Positions 17,153 through 27,748 of a stretch of 64,000 nt of DNA are shown piece by piece (the stretch's first letter is position 1; each line of letters starts with the position of its first letter). This stretch comes from Fibrobacteria bacterium (GTDB taxonomy: Bacteria; Fibrobacterota; Fibrobacteria; UBA11236), in NCBI GenBank assembly GCA_043745805.1, contig JAYTSD010000043.1, forward strand, positions 96,001-160,000, in the 5' to 3' direction. Below the pieces are notes generated by a model. The model had not been told where the DNA came from. It did not search any database and worked only from the letters and a program-made list of their open reading frames with translations. The position numbers and the translations under genes are program-made.

Positions 17153-19549
17153 ATGCCGATTCAACCTTCATACCCTGGTGTTTATGTTCAGGAAGTTTCC
17201 AGTGGAGTAAGGACAATAACAGGTGTCTCCACTTCGATTGCCGCTTTTTTTGGACGAACATTAAAAGGTCCCATTAATAAAGCCGTGCGATGCCTGAGCT
17301 ATACTGATTTTTTGCGATACTTCGGCGGCGGCCATGCTCTGAGTGATACTGGGATTAGTGTTAAACAGTTCTTCGATAATGGGGGAACGGATTGTTATGT
17401 AGTTCGGTTGGCTAAAAATCCAGCAGTGGCCAGTGTAACTTTAAAAAATGAAACAGCAGTTACGAAGAATGTCCTTATTGTTACTGCCAAGGCAGAGGGA
17501 ACTTGGGGACAGCAAATAAAATTATTCACGGATTACAATACCACTAATCCAGATGATAGCTTCAACTTAACTGTTGTTCATGAAATTGATGGGGCTGTTT
17601 TAGCTCAAGAAGTTCACAGTTTTCTTTCCATGAATCCAAATTCATCACGCTTTGCACCCATTTTTGTTTCGCAATCTTCAAAATTTGTCAATCTGGCCAT
17701 TCATTCTGATTTAGGTGATCCTAATATTTCAGGGTCTATTATGAATTTAACCGCCAATACCCCCGCAGGTTATAGTCAAAGCCGCAGAGTGTTTACGGGA
17801 GTATCGGATAATGCGCTTAGGGATGCGGTCAAAACGGAGATTGAATCTAAAATTACTGCGGGTAAATCTAAGTTTGAAATCAATGTAAATGGGATTAATG
17901 CTACCGTCGATCTCAAGGGAATCGAATTAAGGCCTGACTGGACTACTCCTGTTCCTAATGATGTAACGGGTTTGTTACCTTCGCTTGCTGCGCATATCAA
18001 CCCGCAACTTCAGGCTGTGAATGCAAGTTTAGTTGTTGCGTTTAGCTGGGATACTTTGGCAACAAGAACTTTGGTATTAAGGGTAACATCCGCTGTTGCG
18101 CCATTTTCCAATGTGTCCATTCGACGAAGTAACTCCAATGATATTAGTGCTGCTTTGATGTTGGGTGTAGAGCAAGGTGGTATTGAGGTTGCACGTTACA
18201 GTAATCTTCGTCCAATCCCCAATGGATCCTATTTTTGGGGAGGCGGTACGTATGGAAATTTTACCACTGAACTCGATAAATTCGCCGTGCTGGCTCAAAA
18301 TGGAATAACGAGTATCACCCTTGGGACAAAGGTTATCCCTTTAAACCTTGTCACGGCCGGTACTTTGATTTACGAACAAGCCGCAGGCGCACTGGATGGG
18401 GTGCGAGAAAAACTACGACTCATTGTACAGGCCGTAAATGCGGATGTGAATTCCCCCTGTACCGCTGAGTTATGGGGATATCATCTCGTATTTAAGCGCA
18501 AGATGGGTAATATAAATGATACTGCTTCCATTACCACAAGTCCTGGGGCTAACTTTGGAAATGGATTTGTATCCAATGTAAAACAGTATAGCCTAGGAGC
18601 TCTGGGAACGGGTGTTTATCAATCTGCGGGTACAGCGGGTAGTGATGGTATTGCTCCAGATAAAAATACTTATGTGGGTAGCCCTGTTGATCATACCGGT
18701 TTTTATGCCTTGGATAAAGTGGACCTTTTTAACCTAATGATAATTCCTGGAGATCGTGAAGTGCTCGCCTCACTCTATGCAGAATTGATTGCGGAGGCCA
18801 GTAATTTTTGCCAGCAAAAACGCGCGTTTTTTCTGGCGGATGCTCCTGCAGATTGGACTCAAGGGGAAATCATGGCGGCGGATGCTAGCGCAGTTAACAA
18901 TATTCGCATAGGTGTGGCAAAAACAAATTCGGCAATATTTTATCCGCGAGTACAATTTAGTGATGGTGGATTGCGTAAGTATATCGGCCCTTCCGGCATG
19001 ATTGCAGGATTAATGGCCAGAACCGATTCTCAACGCGGAGTGTGGAAAGCACCTGCGGGCATTGATGCGGATTTGCGTGGTGTACTCGATGTAGAATTAA
19101 ACTTAACAGATAATGAAAATGGTGTGTTAAATAAATTAGGCGTGAACTGCCTGCGTAAATTTCCGAATGGAATTGTGAACTGGGGCGCACGTACCTTGGA
19201 TGGTTCAGATGATTTTGGTTCGGAATGGAAATATATTCCTATTCGTCGTCTCGCACTTTTCTTGGAAGAGTCACTTTTTCGCGGAACTAAATGGGTAGTA
19301 TTTGAACCCAATGATGAACCCCTTTGGGCTAAGATTAGAATGAACTTAAATGCATTTATGAATAGTCTATTTAGACAGGGTGCATTTCAGGGAAGTACGC
19401 CTGATAAGGCCTTCTTCGTAAAATGCGATGGAGAAACGACCACAGCTAATGATCGCAACTTAGGTATTGTAAATATTCAGGTTGGCTTTGCACCAGTTAA
19501 GCCGGCGGAGTTCGTCATTATTAGCATACAACAAATCCCAGATGTCTAA
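17153..19549 (+). CDS. Contractile tail sheath protein (Afp2/3/4-like)
   Basis: YPGVYVQE N-terminus, FFDNGG, RGVWKAPAG, WGARTL, WKYIPIRR, VVFEPND and GFAPVKPAEFVII; AGGAG RBS. Confidence 0.96.
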   Translation: MPIQPSYPGVYVQEVSSGVRTITGVSTSIAAFFGRTLKGPINKAVRCLSYTDFLRYFGGGHALSDTGISVKQFFDNGGTDCYVVRLAKNPAVASVTLKNETAVTKNVLIVTAKAEGTWGQQIKLFTDYNTTNPDDSFNLTVVHEIDGAVLAQEVHSFLSMNPNSSRFAPIFVSQSSKFVNLAIHSDLGDPNISGSIMNLTANTPAGYSQSRRVFTGVSDNALRDAVKTEIESKITAGKSKFEINVNGINATVDLKGIELRPDWTTPVPNDVTGLLPSLAAHINPQLQAVNASLVVAFSWDTLATRTLVLRVTSAVAPFSNVSIRRSNSNDISAALMLGVEQGGIEVARYSNLRPIPNGSYFWGGGTYGNFTTELDKFAVLAQNGITSITLGTKVIPLNLVTAGTLIYEQAAGALDGVREKLRLIVQAVNADVNSPCTAELWGYHLVFKRKMGNINDTASITTSPGANFGNGFVSNVKQYSLGALGTGVYQSAGTAGSDGIAPDKNTYVGSPVDHTGFYALDKVDLFNLMIIPGDREVLASLYAELIAEASNFCQQKRAFFLADAPADWTQGEIMAADASAVNNIRIGVAKTNSAIFYPRVQFSDGGLRKYIGPSGMIAGLMARTDSQRGVWKAPAGIDADLRGVLDVELNLTDNENGVLNKLGVNCLRKFPNGIVNWGARTLDGSDDFGSEWKYIPIRRLALFLEESLFRGTKWVVFEPNDEPLWAKIRMNLNAFMNSLFRQGAFQGSTPDKAFFVKCDGETTTANDRNLGIVNIQVGFAPVKPAEFVIISIQQIPDV

Positions 19550-19578
19550 GCACTATTAAAGATCATTAGGAGATAAAA

Positions 19579-20100
19579 ATGGCCAAAGGTTTTGAAAAAA
19601 ATGCAAAGCGTATTGATCCTTATAAAAATTTTAAGTTCCGTATTCTATGGGACAATAAAACTGTATTAGGAGTTAGCAAGGTCAGCGCTTTAAAACGTAC
19701 TACCGAAGTGGTTTCGCATCGCGATGGGGGTGACAATAGCACTGATCATAAATCACCTGGTCGCACTAAATATGATGGCATCACCTTGGAACGTGGATTA
19801 ACCCATGATCCAGAGTTTGAAAAATGGGCAAATAAAGTTCATCCCTACGCGGGCGACTCGGCCATGGATTTAGCCGATTATAAAAAAAACTTAACCTTAG
19901 AAATGATGAATGAAAAAGGGCAGGTGGTTTATCGCTACTTTCTTTATCATTGCTGGGTTAGCGAATACACGGCCATGCCCGAGCTCAATGCCAATGCCAA
20001 TGCTATATCTATCGAATCTTTAAAAATAGAACTTGAAGGTTGGGATAGAGATTTGGATACCAAAGAACCGAATGAAAGTGATGACGTACCGAAATCATGA
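19579..20100 (+). CDS. Tail tube protein (T4 gp19 / Afp1-like)
   Basis: DPYKNFKF, KSPGRTKYDGITLERG, and CWVSEY..PELNA...IE motifs. Confidence 0.95.
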   Translation: MAKGFEKNAKRIDPYKNFKFRILWDNKTVLGVSKVSALKRTTEVVSHRDGGDNSTDHKSPGRTKYDGITLERGLTHDPEFEKWANKVHPYAGDSAMDLADYKKNLTLEMMNEKGQVVYRYFLYHCWVSEYTAMPELNANANAISIESLKIELEGWDRDLDTKEPNESDDVPKS

Positions 20101-20116
20101 TAGGGTGGAATAGAAC

Positions 20117-20947
20117 ATGAATGTTGCTCCGGGATCAAATGCTATTGGTCAGTTATCGGAGCAGACCACGTCCTTTGCCGGATTCTATCCAGCGAGCGAA
20201 ATACGCATGCGTAATTTTGGAATACTGCAAAGCGATCTCGGTATTAATTTTACTACAAAAAATACTTCGGCACTAATTACCCATTTACTCGAACAATGTT
20301 CATTTGATCCTATAGGTATTGGGTCAACCGGTTTTTTCAAAAATCTTTCTATTGGCAGACGAGTAGAATGCTTGCTTGTTTTGGCAAAGGGAGGAGACCA
20401 CTCAGATTTCAATTTCCCATTTGCTTGCTCCGGTTGCAAACAGATTATTGCGTTGGATATTACCATGGAAGAAATCACAACGCTGCAAAGAGAAGCGGAT
20501 CACATTGAAACCGTGCAGATTCAAGTAATGGGTAACAATTTCGGTTTGCGAAAACCTTGCGGTCATGATCAAGAAAAATGGGCTGAAATGGTTTTTCTCG
20601 ATCAAAATGAAGCCCAGATAAAGATGATTAATTCGCTTACACTTACGGAGAATTTTCCTGCAAAAATCAATGCCGAGGCTTTGCAGCTTATTGATGAAGC
20701 GATGAACGTAGCGGATCCCTTGATCAACTTTAATTGCCAAGTAACTTGCGAGGAATGTACTACAAAAAATGAAATTGTAATTGACCTTTGCGATGCGGCG
20801 ATAAATATGCTGAAGCGGCTTCAGCAGCAATTGATAGTGATGGCACATAAATTGGCTTCCCATTATCATTGGAGTGAAAGTGAAATTTTTGCTATTCCGC
20901 ATTGGCGTCGGAAAGTTTATCTCGACCTTATAGCTGTTGGACGATAA
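20117..20947 (+). CDS. Tail/baseplate-hub assembly chaperone-like protein
   Basis: Two CxxC pairs (CSGC, CEEC), DPL motif and C-terminal HKLASHYHWSESEIF..PHWRRKVY; located directly after the tube gene. Confidence 0.7.
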   Translation: MNVAPGSNAIGQLSEQTTSFAGFYPASEIRMRNFGILQSDLGINFTTKNTSALITHLLEQCSFDPIGIGSTGFFKNLSIGRRVECLLVLAKGGDHSDFNFPFACSGCKQIIALDITMEEITTLQREADHIETVQIQVMGNNFGLRKPCGHDQEKWAEMVFLDQNEAQIKMINSLTLTENFPAKINAEALQLIDEAMNVADPLINFNCQVTCEECTTKNEIVIDLCDAAINMLKRLQQQLIVMAHKLASHYHWSESEIFAIPHWRRKVYLDLIAVGR

Positions 20948-20950
20948 ATT

Positions 20951-21934
20951 ATGCCAAACTATTTTTCACGTCTTGCTGAGCAGAGTGGTTTTCAATTTAA
21001 GGGAAGCCAAGGAGTAAGGCCCGAAGTATTAGAAAAAAAAGCGGGTAGTGGACTTTCTCCGCTTGAACAAGAAGCGACGATTTTAAGTCCATCGCAACCA
21101 TTAGAAAAATCTTCCCTAACCTTAATAGATTCGAATAAGCATGAAATGCAACCCTCCATTTCTAAAAATGAAGAAATTAAAAATGAGCCTTCAGAGAAAG
21201 CGCCTATTAATCCGAAGGAAATTTTTGCTCAAAAACAGGTAACTCGTGAAGTTAATCCAATTGTCCAAAACATAGATTCTGTGACTGCGCCAATGGAAAA
21301 TAAAACCCTTGCTGCATCGCTTTTCAATAAAGCGATATTGCCTGTGAATAAAATGAACGAAAATAGTTTATCACAGGAGTCGAAAGAGTTTAAATCACCG
21401 AGTGCTGTTAAATTAGCTGATCCTGTTGAAGCGTCAGTACCGATACAAGATTCACCTCAGTTTGAGTCAGCAGAAAAACAAGAAAGCATTGTGTCTCTCC
21501 TTTCACCTTTGGAGAATTCTGAAAAGCCAAATTATTTTTCCAGAACTTCGGAGATTTTGAATCAAGGTCAAATCGAAAAACAGGATATTCATTCTCTTAT
21601 TCTGCAAGATGTTCAGGAATGGGTTGCGGCTTCGCCCACGGATACAAAAACGGTAAAAAGTAATATTGAAGTATTCAATACGGCTTTAAATTCAGAACCT
21701 GTATTCTCAAATGAGATAACTGATCCGTTAACACAAAATTTGTTTCGATCTAGAAATGCAGAAGTAGAAAGTTCGTTGGAACATAACTTTAATCTTTCCA
21801 TTGGATCCATTAGTATTATTATTGATGAACCCACAAAACCACAGCATTCAGAATTTAAAAGCCAGCCACAACCTCAACCTACAATACCGAAAAACGAAAA
21901 TCGTTTTTCGCGACTTAGTCGAAGTTATCTCTAA
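20951..21934 (+). CDS. Hypothetical low-complexity eCIS protein (tape-measure/accessory candidate)
   Basis: S/E/K/P-rich disordered body between short conserved-looking ends (YFSRLA; LSIGSISIII). Confidence 0.55.
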   Translation: MPNYFSRLAEQSGFQFKGSQGVRPEVLEKKAGSGLSPLEQEATILSPSQPLEKSSLTLIDSNKHEMQPSISKNEEIKNEPSEKAPINPKEIFAQKQVTREVNPIVQNIDSVTAPMENKTLAASLFNKAILPVNKMNENSLSQESKEFKSPSAVKLADPVEASVPIQDSPQFESAEKQESIVSLLSPLENSEKPNYFSRTSEILNQGQIEKQDIHSLILQDVQEWVAASPTDTKTVKSNIEVFNTALNSEPVFSNEITDPLTQNLFRSRNAEVESSLEHNFNLSIGSISIIIDEPTKPQHSEFKSQPQPQPTIPKNENRFSRLSRSYL

Positions 21935-21948
21935 ATTATTCAGGATTT

Positions 21949-23172
21949 ATGGCACTTGCTGATACATCAAAAGCTATTGGAGCCGTTACTAAAGGGCTTA
22001 AAGAACGTCTTGAATTTAGAACGGGTTATCATGTAAGTGCAGGTCGCATTGAAAAGCCCAATTTGACTATAGACGAGGCCTACTTAAATCTTTTTTTATA
22101 TGAAATCGCTTTTGATCCGCAATTAAAAAATACACCATTAAATGAAGGTGAAAAGCCACCTATATGGTTGGTGTTGAAATTTTTGCTAACCGCCTTTGCC
22201 TCGAAAACAGAAAGCGATACTCAAGCTGCCCATGAAATATTAGGTTTGGCGATTCGAGCTATTTATCAAGATGATTTGCTAAAACTAAATGGATTGGGAG
22301 ATGTCAAACCTTTAGAAAGTAATCCGAGTGAATTGCATGTTACCTTTGAGGAATCACCAGCTGATCTGGTCGCGAAGTTAACCCAGGGTTCTGATGAAAC
22401 GCCAAGACTTTCCATTGCCTTTCAAGTGCGTCCGGTGATGATTGCCTCAGCAGAACCCGGCCATTATTCTTTGCTTGTGGGTGTGGATTATACTAAACCG
22501 CCAATTACCCTTTCACCAGCGCCCGTTGGGCTGGATGTAATTCCTTCCATGGGATCCTTTATAACCGAGATAGTACCCTCAGGATTTGAAGTGAATGAAG
22601 AGATTACTCTGCGTGGTACGGATCTGCATTTGGCGAATCTCTCGGTGATGCTTGGATCAGTTGAACTCCCTATAACCATGCAGCAACCTGATGAATTAAA
22701 GTTTAAAATCGATAGTGCGATTATTGCAGCGAGTGGACTTTCCGCTGGAAGTTATTCGGTTATGATTGTGCAAACTCTTCCGGGTACGGGTAAAAAACGC
22801 AAGAGCAATGCGCTAATAGGAAATTTAGTACCCACACTTTTGAATGCTCCGATAGCGGCATTTAGCCTTATGGTTATTCCCGCAATTCCTCCCAGTAGTT
22901 TCGACACCGCTTATGCCACTATTAATCTGAATGGTATATTGCTAGGAAATAAAAATGATGATGTGATACTTGCTCTTTATCGTGATGGTAAAGTGTATCA
23001 ATCTTTTGACGTATTTTCTGTGTTACCCGTCCCACAACCTCCCTTACAACCTGCACAGCAATTGAAGATGATTGCTAAGGACGCGGTGCCCGTGGGTGAC
23101 TATCAGGCCATTTTACTAGTTAATGGGCAACAAGCTCCTCAAAGTCCAATTATTTCCCTGCATAATCCATGA
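21949..23172 (+). CDS. DUF4255/Pvc16-Afp16-like cap (tail terminator) protein with C-terminal IPT/TIG-like domains
   Basis: AIGAVT..LK..L, LNLFLYEI, LKFLLTA and RLSIAFQVRPVMI; later FITEIVP....ITLRGTDL (IPT-like). Confidence 0.8.
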   Translation: MALADTSKAIGAVTKGLKERLEFRTGYHVSAGRIEKPNLTIDEAYLNLFLYEIAFDPQLKNTPLNEGEKPPIWLVLKFLLTAFASKTESDTQAAHEILGLAIRAIYQDDLLKLNGLGDVKPLESNPSELHVTFEESPADLVAKLTQGSDETPRLSIAFQVRPVMIASAEPGHYSLLVGVDYTKPPITLSPAPVGLDVIPSMGSFITEIVPSGFEVNEEITLRGTDLHLANLSVMLGSVELPITMQQPDELKFKIDSAIIAASGLSAGSYSVMIVQTLPGTGKKRKSNALIGNLVPTLLNAPIAAFSLMVIPAIPPSSFDTAYATINLNGILLGNKNDDVILALYRDGKVYQSFDVFSVLPVPQPPLQPAQQLKMIAKDAVPVGDYQAILLVNGQQAPQSPIISLHNP

Positions 23173-25328
23173 GTACTTTAACCGGAAAATATGAGAATAT
23201 TGTATTCTCGACCAATTTACGAGCCGATGATGAATGGGCAAATTATTGGATGCGTCAGGCTACACTTAGGTTACGTCGTGAAATCGCATGGATTTGGAAT
23301 GAAAGAGGGCATACGGGGAAAGCGCGTATGGGCGAGTTGCCTCCTATTATTGACCAAGTTTCGAATTCCTTGGACTTTGCGCGTTACCGTGATGAAAAGC
23401 AAAGATTCTTTAAAGAAAATGCGGCAGCGAGATATTTGACTGAGCAATTGCAAATCGAAAAACCCGAAGATAACAAAGTTCATCGTGGCTCATTTGGCTG
23501 GGTTATTATGGAATTGGGCTTGGATGATATTTCGGCATTTGCGCTGGGCCTTGCGCTTGCGGCCGCTTTCGATGCGAGCTTTGGAGCGGTGATTGCAGCT
23601 TGTCTAAATGAACATGCACGTATTTATCCTAATCTAATGCTCATACAAAGGCTATGGGATTTGCCCGAGGATGCACTTTTGCTTTCCGATCCGATGCATT
23701 TACTATTCCGCTTTGGTCTTTTACGTCGCAGTGCCGTGGCTCAACGCGCTTATGCCGAGACCTTATGGGAGCAACCCTTATTTATTCCTTCCATGATCGC
23801 GCGTCAACTTTTATGCGAATACCCCATTGTTCCCGCAGGGTTGGAATTGCTTCATCCTGAAAAATTGCCAGCGGGAAAATTAGATAAATCCTGTGAGCTA
23901 ATAGCCTATCGACTCAAATCGGAAAAAGCCAAAAATTTACGCGTGTTACCTCTATTGGGAAATAAACGATCTGCTTATCGCCAAATCGCAGTGGACATTT
24001 CCAAGGTTACTAAACGCGCTTTGTGGGAATATCGCGGTAACCCTTCTCTACTGGCCGATGCGGATTATTTGAATATGCTGGTGACTTTATGTTGGTTACA
24101 AGATAGAGAATTACTTATCTCTCATGAGATATTTGATAGCAGTGAAAAAAACCGAGAGCGTAATGAAGGTTTACCCCTTGTCTCCATTCCTATTACTTTA
24201 TTTTTGGCAATTTCGGATCGTAGACAAATTAAACATATCGATTCGGAATGGATATTACCCCTAATTAAAACTCCCGTTCTGTCTTATGAAGAGAGGCTTA
24301 TTTTTTGGCATGCCGAATTTGGGGCGGAGGCAGAAAAACATGGATCTATTTTTACCGAGATTGCGCGAAGATTTCGTTATGACAAAGAAACTATTCGACA
24401 AATTATTAAAGAGTTAAAAGCGCTTCCCCATAAACTCACTGAGGATGATTTTAATATGGCTTGCCGTGTTGAGCTCAATTTTGATATTGGCGAATTAGCA
24501 GCTTATGTGGAGCCTCGCTTTGTGGATGAGCAACTCATTTTACCTAAAAAACAAGAGCAGCAATTTGAAGAACAATTAGCAGCCATGGAATCGCTTACAA
24601 AAGTGCATTATAGTTGGGGAACGGCACGTGCTTGGAATGAAGGCGGAATAACCGTTTTGTTTGCGGGGCCGCCGGGAACGGGAAAAACTATGGCCGCCGA
24701 AATTATGGCTTTGCGTTTGAAGTTACCCATGTATCGCATTGATTTATCGCAGGTGGTTAATAAATACATCGGTGAAACGGAAAAAAATTTAAAACGCATT
24801 TTTGATGCGGCTGAAATTTCCGATATGGTACTTTTCTTTGATGAAGCGGATTCGCTTTTTGGCAAGCGTACGGATGTGAATGATGCACGTGATCGCTATG
24901 CGAATTTGGAAGTGAGTTATTTGCTGGAACGCATGGAACGATTCAAAGGCTTAGCCATTTTGGCGACCAATCGCAAGCGCGATTTGGATGATGCCTTTAT
25001 GCGACGCATACGCTATATCATTGACTTTCCTGTGCCGGAAGAAGCGCAGCGTTTAGCGATTTGGAATCAGGTTATTCCTCAGGACGTGGCCAAAAATTCT
25101 TTATTGGACATTCCTTTTTTGGCAAGGCAATTTCCGCTTTCTGGTGGACATATTCGTTCCGTGGTATTCAATGCTTGTTTACAATCGGCACATGGGAATA
25201 GTGAAAAAAAGGAACTCTTTATGAAAGATGTTTTGATTGCCATTAAACGTGAATATGACAAAATGAATCGCTCTTTGAGTCTCGATCAACTGGGACGGTA
25301 TGCTCAGCATATTAGTGGGTTAGAGTAA
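23169..25328 (+). CDS. AAA+ ATPase (Afp15/Pvc15-like)
   Basis: Walker A GPPGTGKT, Walker B LFFDEAD, IDLSQVVNKYIGETEKNL, DRYANLEVSYLLERME and LDDAFMRR. Confidence 0.95.
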   Translation: MSTLTGKYENIVFSTNLRADDEWANYWMRQATLRLRREIAWIWNERGHTGKARMGELPPIIDQVSNSLDFARYRDEKQRFFKENAAARYLTEQLQIEKPEDNKVHRGSFGWVIMELGLDDISAFALGLALAAAFDASFGAVIAACLNEHARIYPNLMLIQRLWDLPEDALLLSDPMHLLFRFGLLRRSAVAQRAYAETLWEQPLFIPSMIARQLLCEYPIVPAGLELLHPEKLPAGKLDKSCELIAYRLKSEKAKNLRVLPLLGNKRSAYRQIAVDISKVTKRALWEYRGNPSLLADADYLNMLVTLCWLQDRELLISHEIFDSSEKNRERNEGLPLVSIPITLFLAISDRRQIKHIDSEWILPLIKTPVLSYEERLIFWHAEFGAEAEKHGSIFTEIARRFRYDKETIRQIIKELKALPHKLTEDDFNMACRVELNFDIGELAAYVEPRFVDEQLILPKKQEQQFEEQLAAMESLTKVHYSWGTARAWNEGGITVLFAGPPGTGKTMAAEIMALRLKLPMYRIDLSQVVNKYIGETEKNLKRIFDAAEISDMVLFFDEADSLFGKRTDVNDARDRYANLEVSYLLERMERFKGLAILATNRKRDLDDAFMRRIRYIIDFPVPEEAQRLAIWNQVIPQDVAKNSLLDIPFLARQFPLSGGHIRSVVFNACLQSAHGNSEKKELFMKDVLIAIKREYDKMNRSLSLDQLGRYAQHISGLE

Positions 25329-25332
25329 TAAT

Positions 25333-25593
25333 ATGGCTAATCGAAATATTCACATTGAAAATATACAAGTTAGCATGCCACCTCATTTGGTAGTGCAGGC
25401 GCATGAAATAGGGAATGGACTTGGTCAGGCTATTCTGCATGCCATTGCTGAATCTACGCTTGGAAAACATGGCCATAAAAAAATAGCCGCCTTAGAGGTC
25501 GGAAAAGTGAGTGTGAAAAACTATGCCGAACCGCGAGGAATACAACAACAAATTGCGAGTCATGTGGCGAATACGATTCGGGAAAAATTCTAA
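25333..25593 (+). CDS. Small hypothetical eCIS protein
   Basis: 86-aa ORF tightly packed in the operon, with N-terminal IHIENIQV strand. Confidence 0.65.
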   Translation: MANRNIHIENIQVSMPPHLVVQAHEIGNGLGQAILHAIAESTLGKHGHKKIAALEVGKVSVKNYAEPRGIQQQIASHVANTIREKF

Positions 25594-25610
25594 AAGTTAG
25601 GGTAGCGAAG

Positions 25611-26273
25611 ATGGCTGGTTTTTTAATGAGAGGCGCATTGATCGAATACGGTTCCGATTTTATGGGACCCATTCCTAATGTAGTGATCTTTCAATTCAAT
25701 CCTGAGACCTTGTCACGTACCGTACAAATTCCTCCGCGTCCGGCTTCTGCGACGGCACGCGAAACGACACAAGCGGGTCAACCTTCTATAGAAAAAATCA
25801 CCTTGAAGGCTAGCTTTAGTGCGGCAGATGAGCTGGGCGATAATAAAGCCTTAGCGCGATTGTTTGGTGTCGGGACTCGTTTAGCCGCATTGGAGAAAAT
25901 GGTTTATCCGTCCAATGAATTGACTGCTGCAATCGGTGCTGCGCTAGGCTTAGGAGGCAGCTCAACCGGTGGTGATCTTAGGCAGCCTATTCCGCGTCAA
26001 AAAATGCCAAGGATATTATTTATTTGGGGGCCATTAAAAGTATTACCGGTGGTACTCGAATCCATGAGCATTACCGAACAACAATATGATTTTTTATTGA
26101 ATCCCACGCAAGCTGAGGTTTCCATTACCATGGCCGTTAACTCTAATGATCAATGTTCGGATGATAATATAGGTAAAGGCGCTTTATCTTATTCTAATAT
26201 GGCAAAGGATGCCCAAGCCATGGCAAACCTTTCTAATACGGCTGCACAAATTGTGGACTTAATTCCATTTTGA
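25611..26273 (+). CDS. CIS tube-initiator protein (Afp7-like)
   Basis: FQFNPETL and ILFIWG...LPVVLESMSITEQ.YD..LNP..AEV motifs. Confidence 0.85.
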   Translation: MAGFLMRGALIEYGSDFMGPIPNVVIFQFNPETLSRTVQIPPRPASATARETTQAGQPSIEKITLKASFSAADELGDNKALARLFGVGTRLAALEKMVYPSNELTAAIGAALGLGGSSTGGDLRQPIPRQKMPRILFIWGPLKVLPVVLESMSITEQQYDFLLNPTQAEVSITMAVNSNDQCSDDNIGKGALSYSNMAKDAQAMANLSNTAAQIVDLIPF

Positions 26274-26286
26274 ATAAGGAGGTAAC

Positions 26287-26589
26287 ATGTTTGATGTAAA
26301 TTCTCGTTATGCCAAAAATCCAATCGTTGAGGTGGATAAGTCCAATAGCAAAAAGGTAAATGTTATCAAGTTACGCCACTTGCCTTATGTGGGAGGGAAT
26401 TTATCTGAGGTAAAAGGCATAGATAGACTCGATATTATGGCTCATCGTAATTATAAAGACGGCACAAAGTTTTGGCATGTGGCCGATGCGAATACCGAGC
26501 TTGAGGCTAATGATCTGGTAACTAATAAGTTACCTGAAAATCCACTGCAAAAGCAAGAAACCACTTTCATTTTCATTCCTGAGAACTAA
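26287..26589 (+). CDS. LysM/tail-X-like baseplate protein
   Basis: MF..NSRY start and DRLDIMAH..Y.D...FW.VADAN motif; AGGAGG RBS. Confidence 0.8.
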   Translation: MFDVNSRYAKNPIVEVDKSNSKKVNVIKLRHLPYVGGNLSEVKGIDRLDIMAHRNYKDGTKFWHVADANTELEANDLVTNKLPENPLQKQETTFIFIPEN

Positions 26590-26590
26590 A

Positions 26591-27748
26591 ATGAACAAAG
26601 CATTTCGAGTTTATTATGGGGGGAATTTGGCTACGCAAGAACAACTCAATGCTATTGAGGAAATTGTTGTGGTACAAGAAATGGGTATTGCTTGGGAAGC
26701 GCAGATAAAAATACCCGTTTGTATTGCTGAAGATGGTTCTTGGGAAGGTGAAAATGATTCCATCTTTGCAGAGTTTGCACGTGTTCGCATTGAGGCTCAA
26801 ATTGGTGAAAATGATTTTATCCCTCTAATCGAAGGGAGTATTCACTCAGGGGAGCCAGATTATAATGCATCGCCAGGCTTAAGTACCGTAACCGTTATTG
26901 TACATGATGACACTCGCTTACTACATCGCCAAGCCGAATCCGTTGCTTTTTCTGGACAAAGCGATAATGAAATTGTGAGTACTATATTTAATGATGCCTC
27001 GCTTGGTGAGAATGCTGAAATAGATAATCCTCCTGCTGGACCGGTACAAAATGCGGTCATAAACCAACAGGGCACAATGATGGAAATGTTACGTTCCATT
27101 GCGGCGCGTTATCAAAACTATTATGCCTATGTGCTTCCAGGATCCACAGTTGGAAATAGTAAAGGTGTTTTTAAAAAACTTCCGACAAGCCCAGATGCAG
27201 GTTTGCCTATTGCCTATTTGAGTGGCCCTAAGCAAAACATTTCGGAATTTCGCATTCGAAGAAATTCTGCTAGGGCCTCTCGTGTTGAAGGAGCTCATTT
27301 AAGTATGAGCGATAAAAGCGTTGCTAAAGCTAGCGCAAATCCGAGCGACAATATTCCTTCAGGAAGTGATAGTGCGACTAGTGGAAGGGATACCGATCTT
27401 CGTCTTCGTCGCCTTCCGTCGGGTATTGGCGATCATACTGATTTAACTGAAGCGGCCAATGGAATGGCTGAAGAATCTAGTTTCACACTTAGTGCTGAAG
27501 GCAGTGTAATTTCAGGACTTTTTCCAGCGATATTGCAACCGTATAAAATGCTTTCCGTGCAACTTTCCAATAGTCGTTACAGTTCCAATTATGTAATTAG
27601 CAAGGTGACACATACATTAGGCATTTCGGAATATACCCAAAGTTTTTCGGTAATAGGTAATGTGGTGTCGCCTGAGGGTAGCGCTACTATACCTGCGCCA
27701 GCAGCAGTGATGTCTGTCAGTTTTAATGTTCAAATGGGTGTATTCTAA
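26591..27748 (+). CDS. Baseplate hub protein (phage late control D / gp27-like half of VgrG)
   Basis: Position before the spike; SD..IV..IF motif; C-terminal YSSNYVISKVTHTL..SEYTQSF. Confidence 0.8.
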   Translation: MNKAFRVYYGGNLATQEQLNAIEEIVVVQEMGIAWEAQIKIPVCIAEDGSWEGENDSIFAEFARVRIEAQIGENDFIPLIEGSIHSGEPDYNASPGLSTVTVIVHDDTRLLHRQAESVAFSGQSDNEIVSTIFNDASLGENAEIDNPPAGPVQNAVINQQGTMMEMLRSIAARYQNYYAYVLPGSTVGNSKGVFKKLPTSPDAGLPIAYLSGPKQNISEFRIRRNSARASRVEGAHLSMSDKSVAKASANPSDNIPSGSDSATSGRDTDLRLRRLPSGIGDHTDLTEAANGMAEESSFTLSAEGSVISGLFPAILQPYKMLSVQLSNSRYSSNYVISKVTHTLGISEYTQSFSVIGNVVSPEGSATIPAPAAVMSVSFNVQMGVF

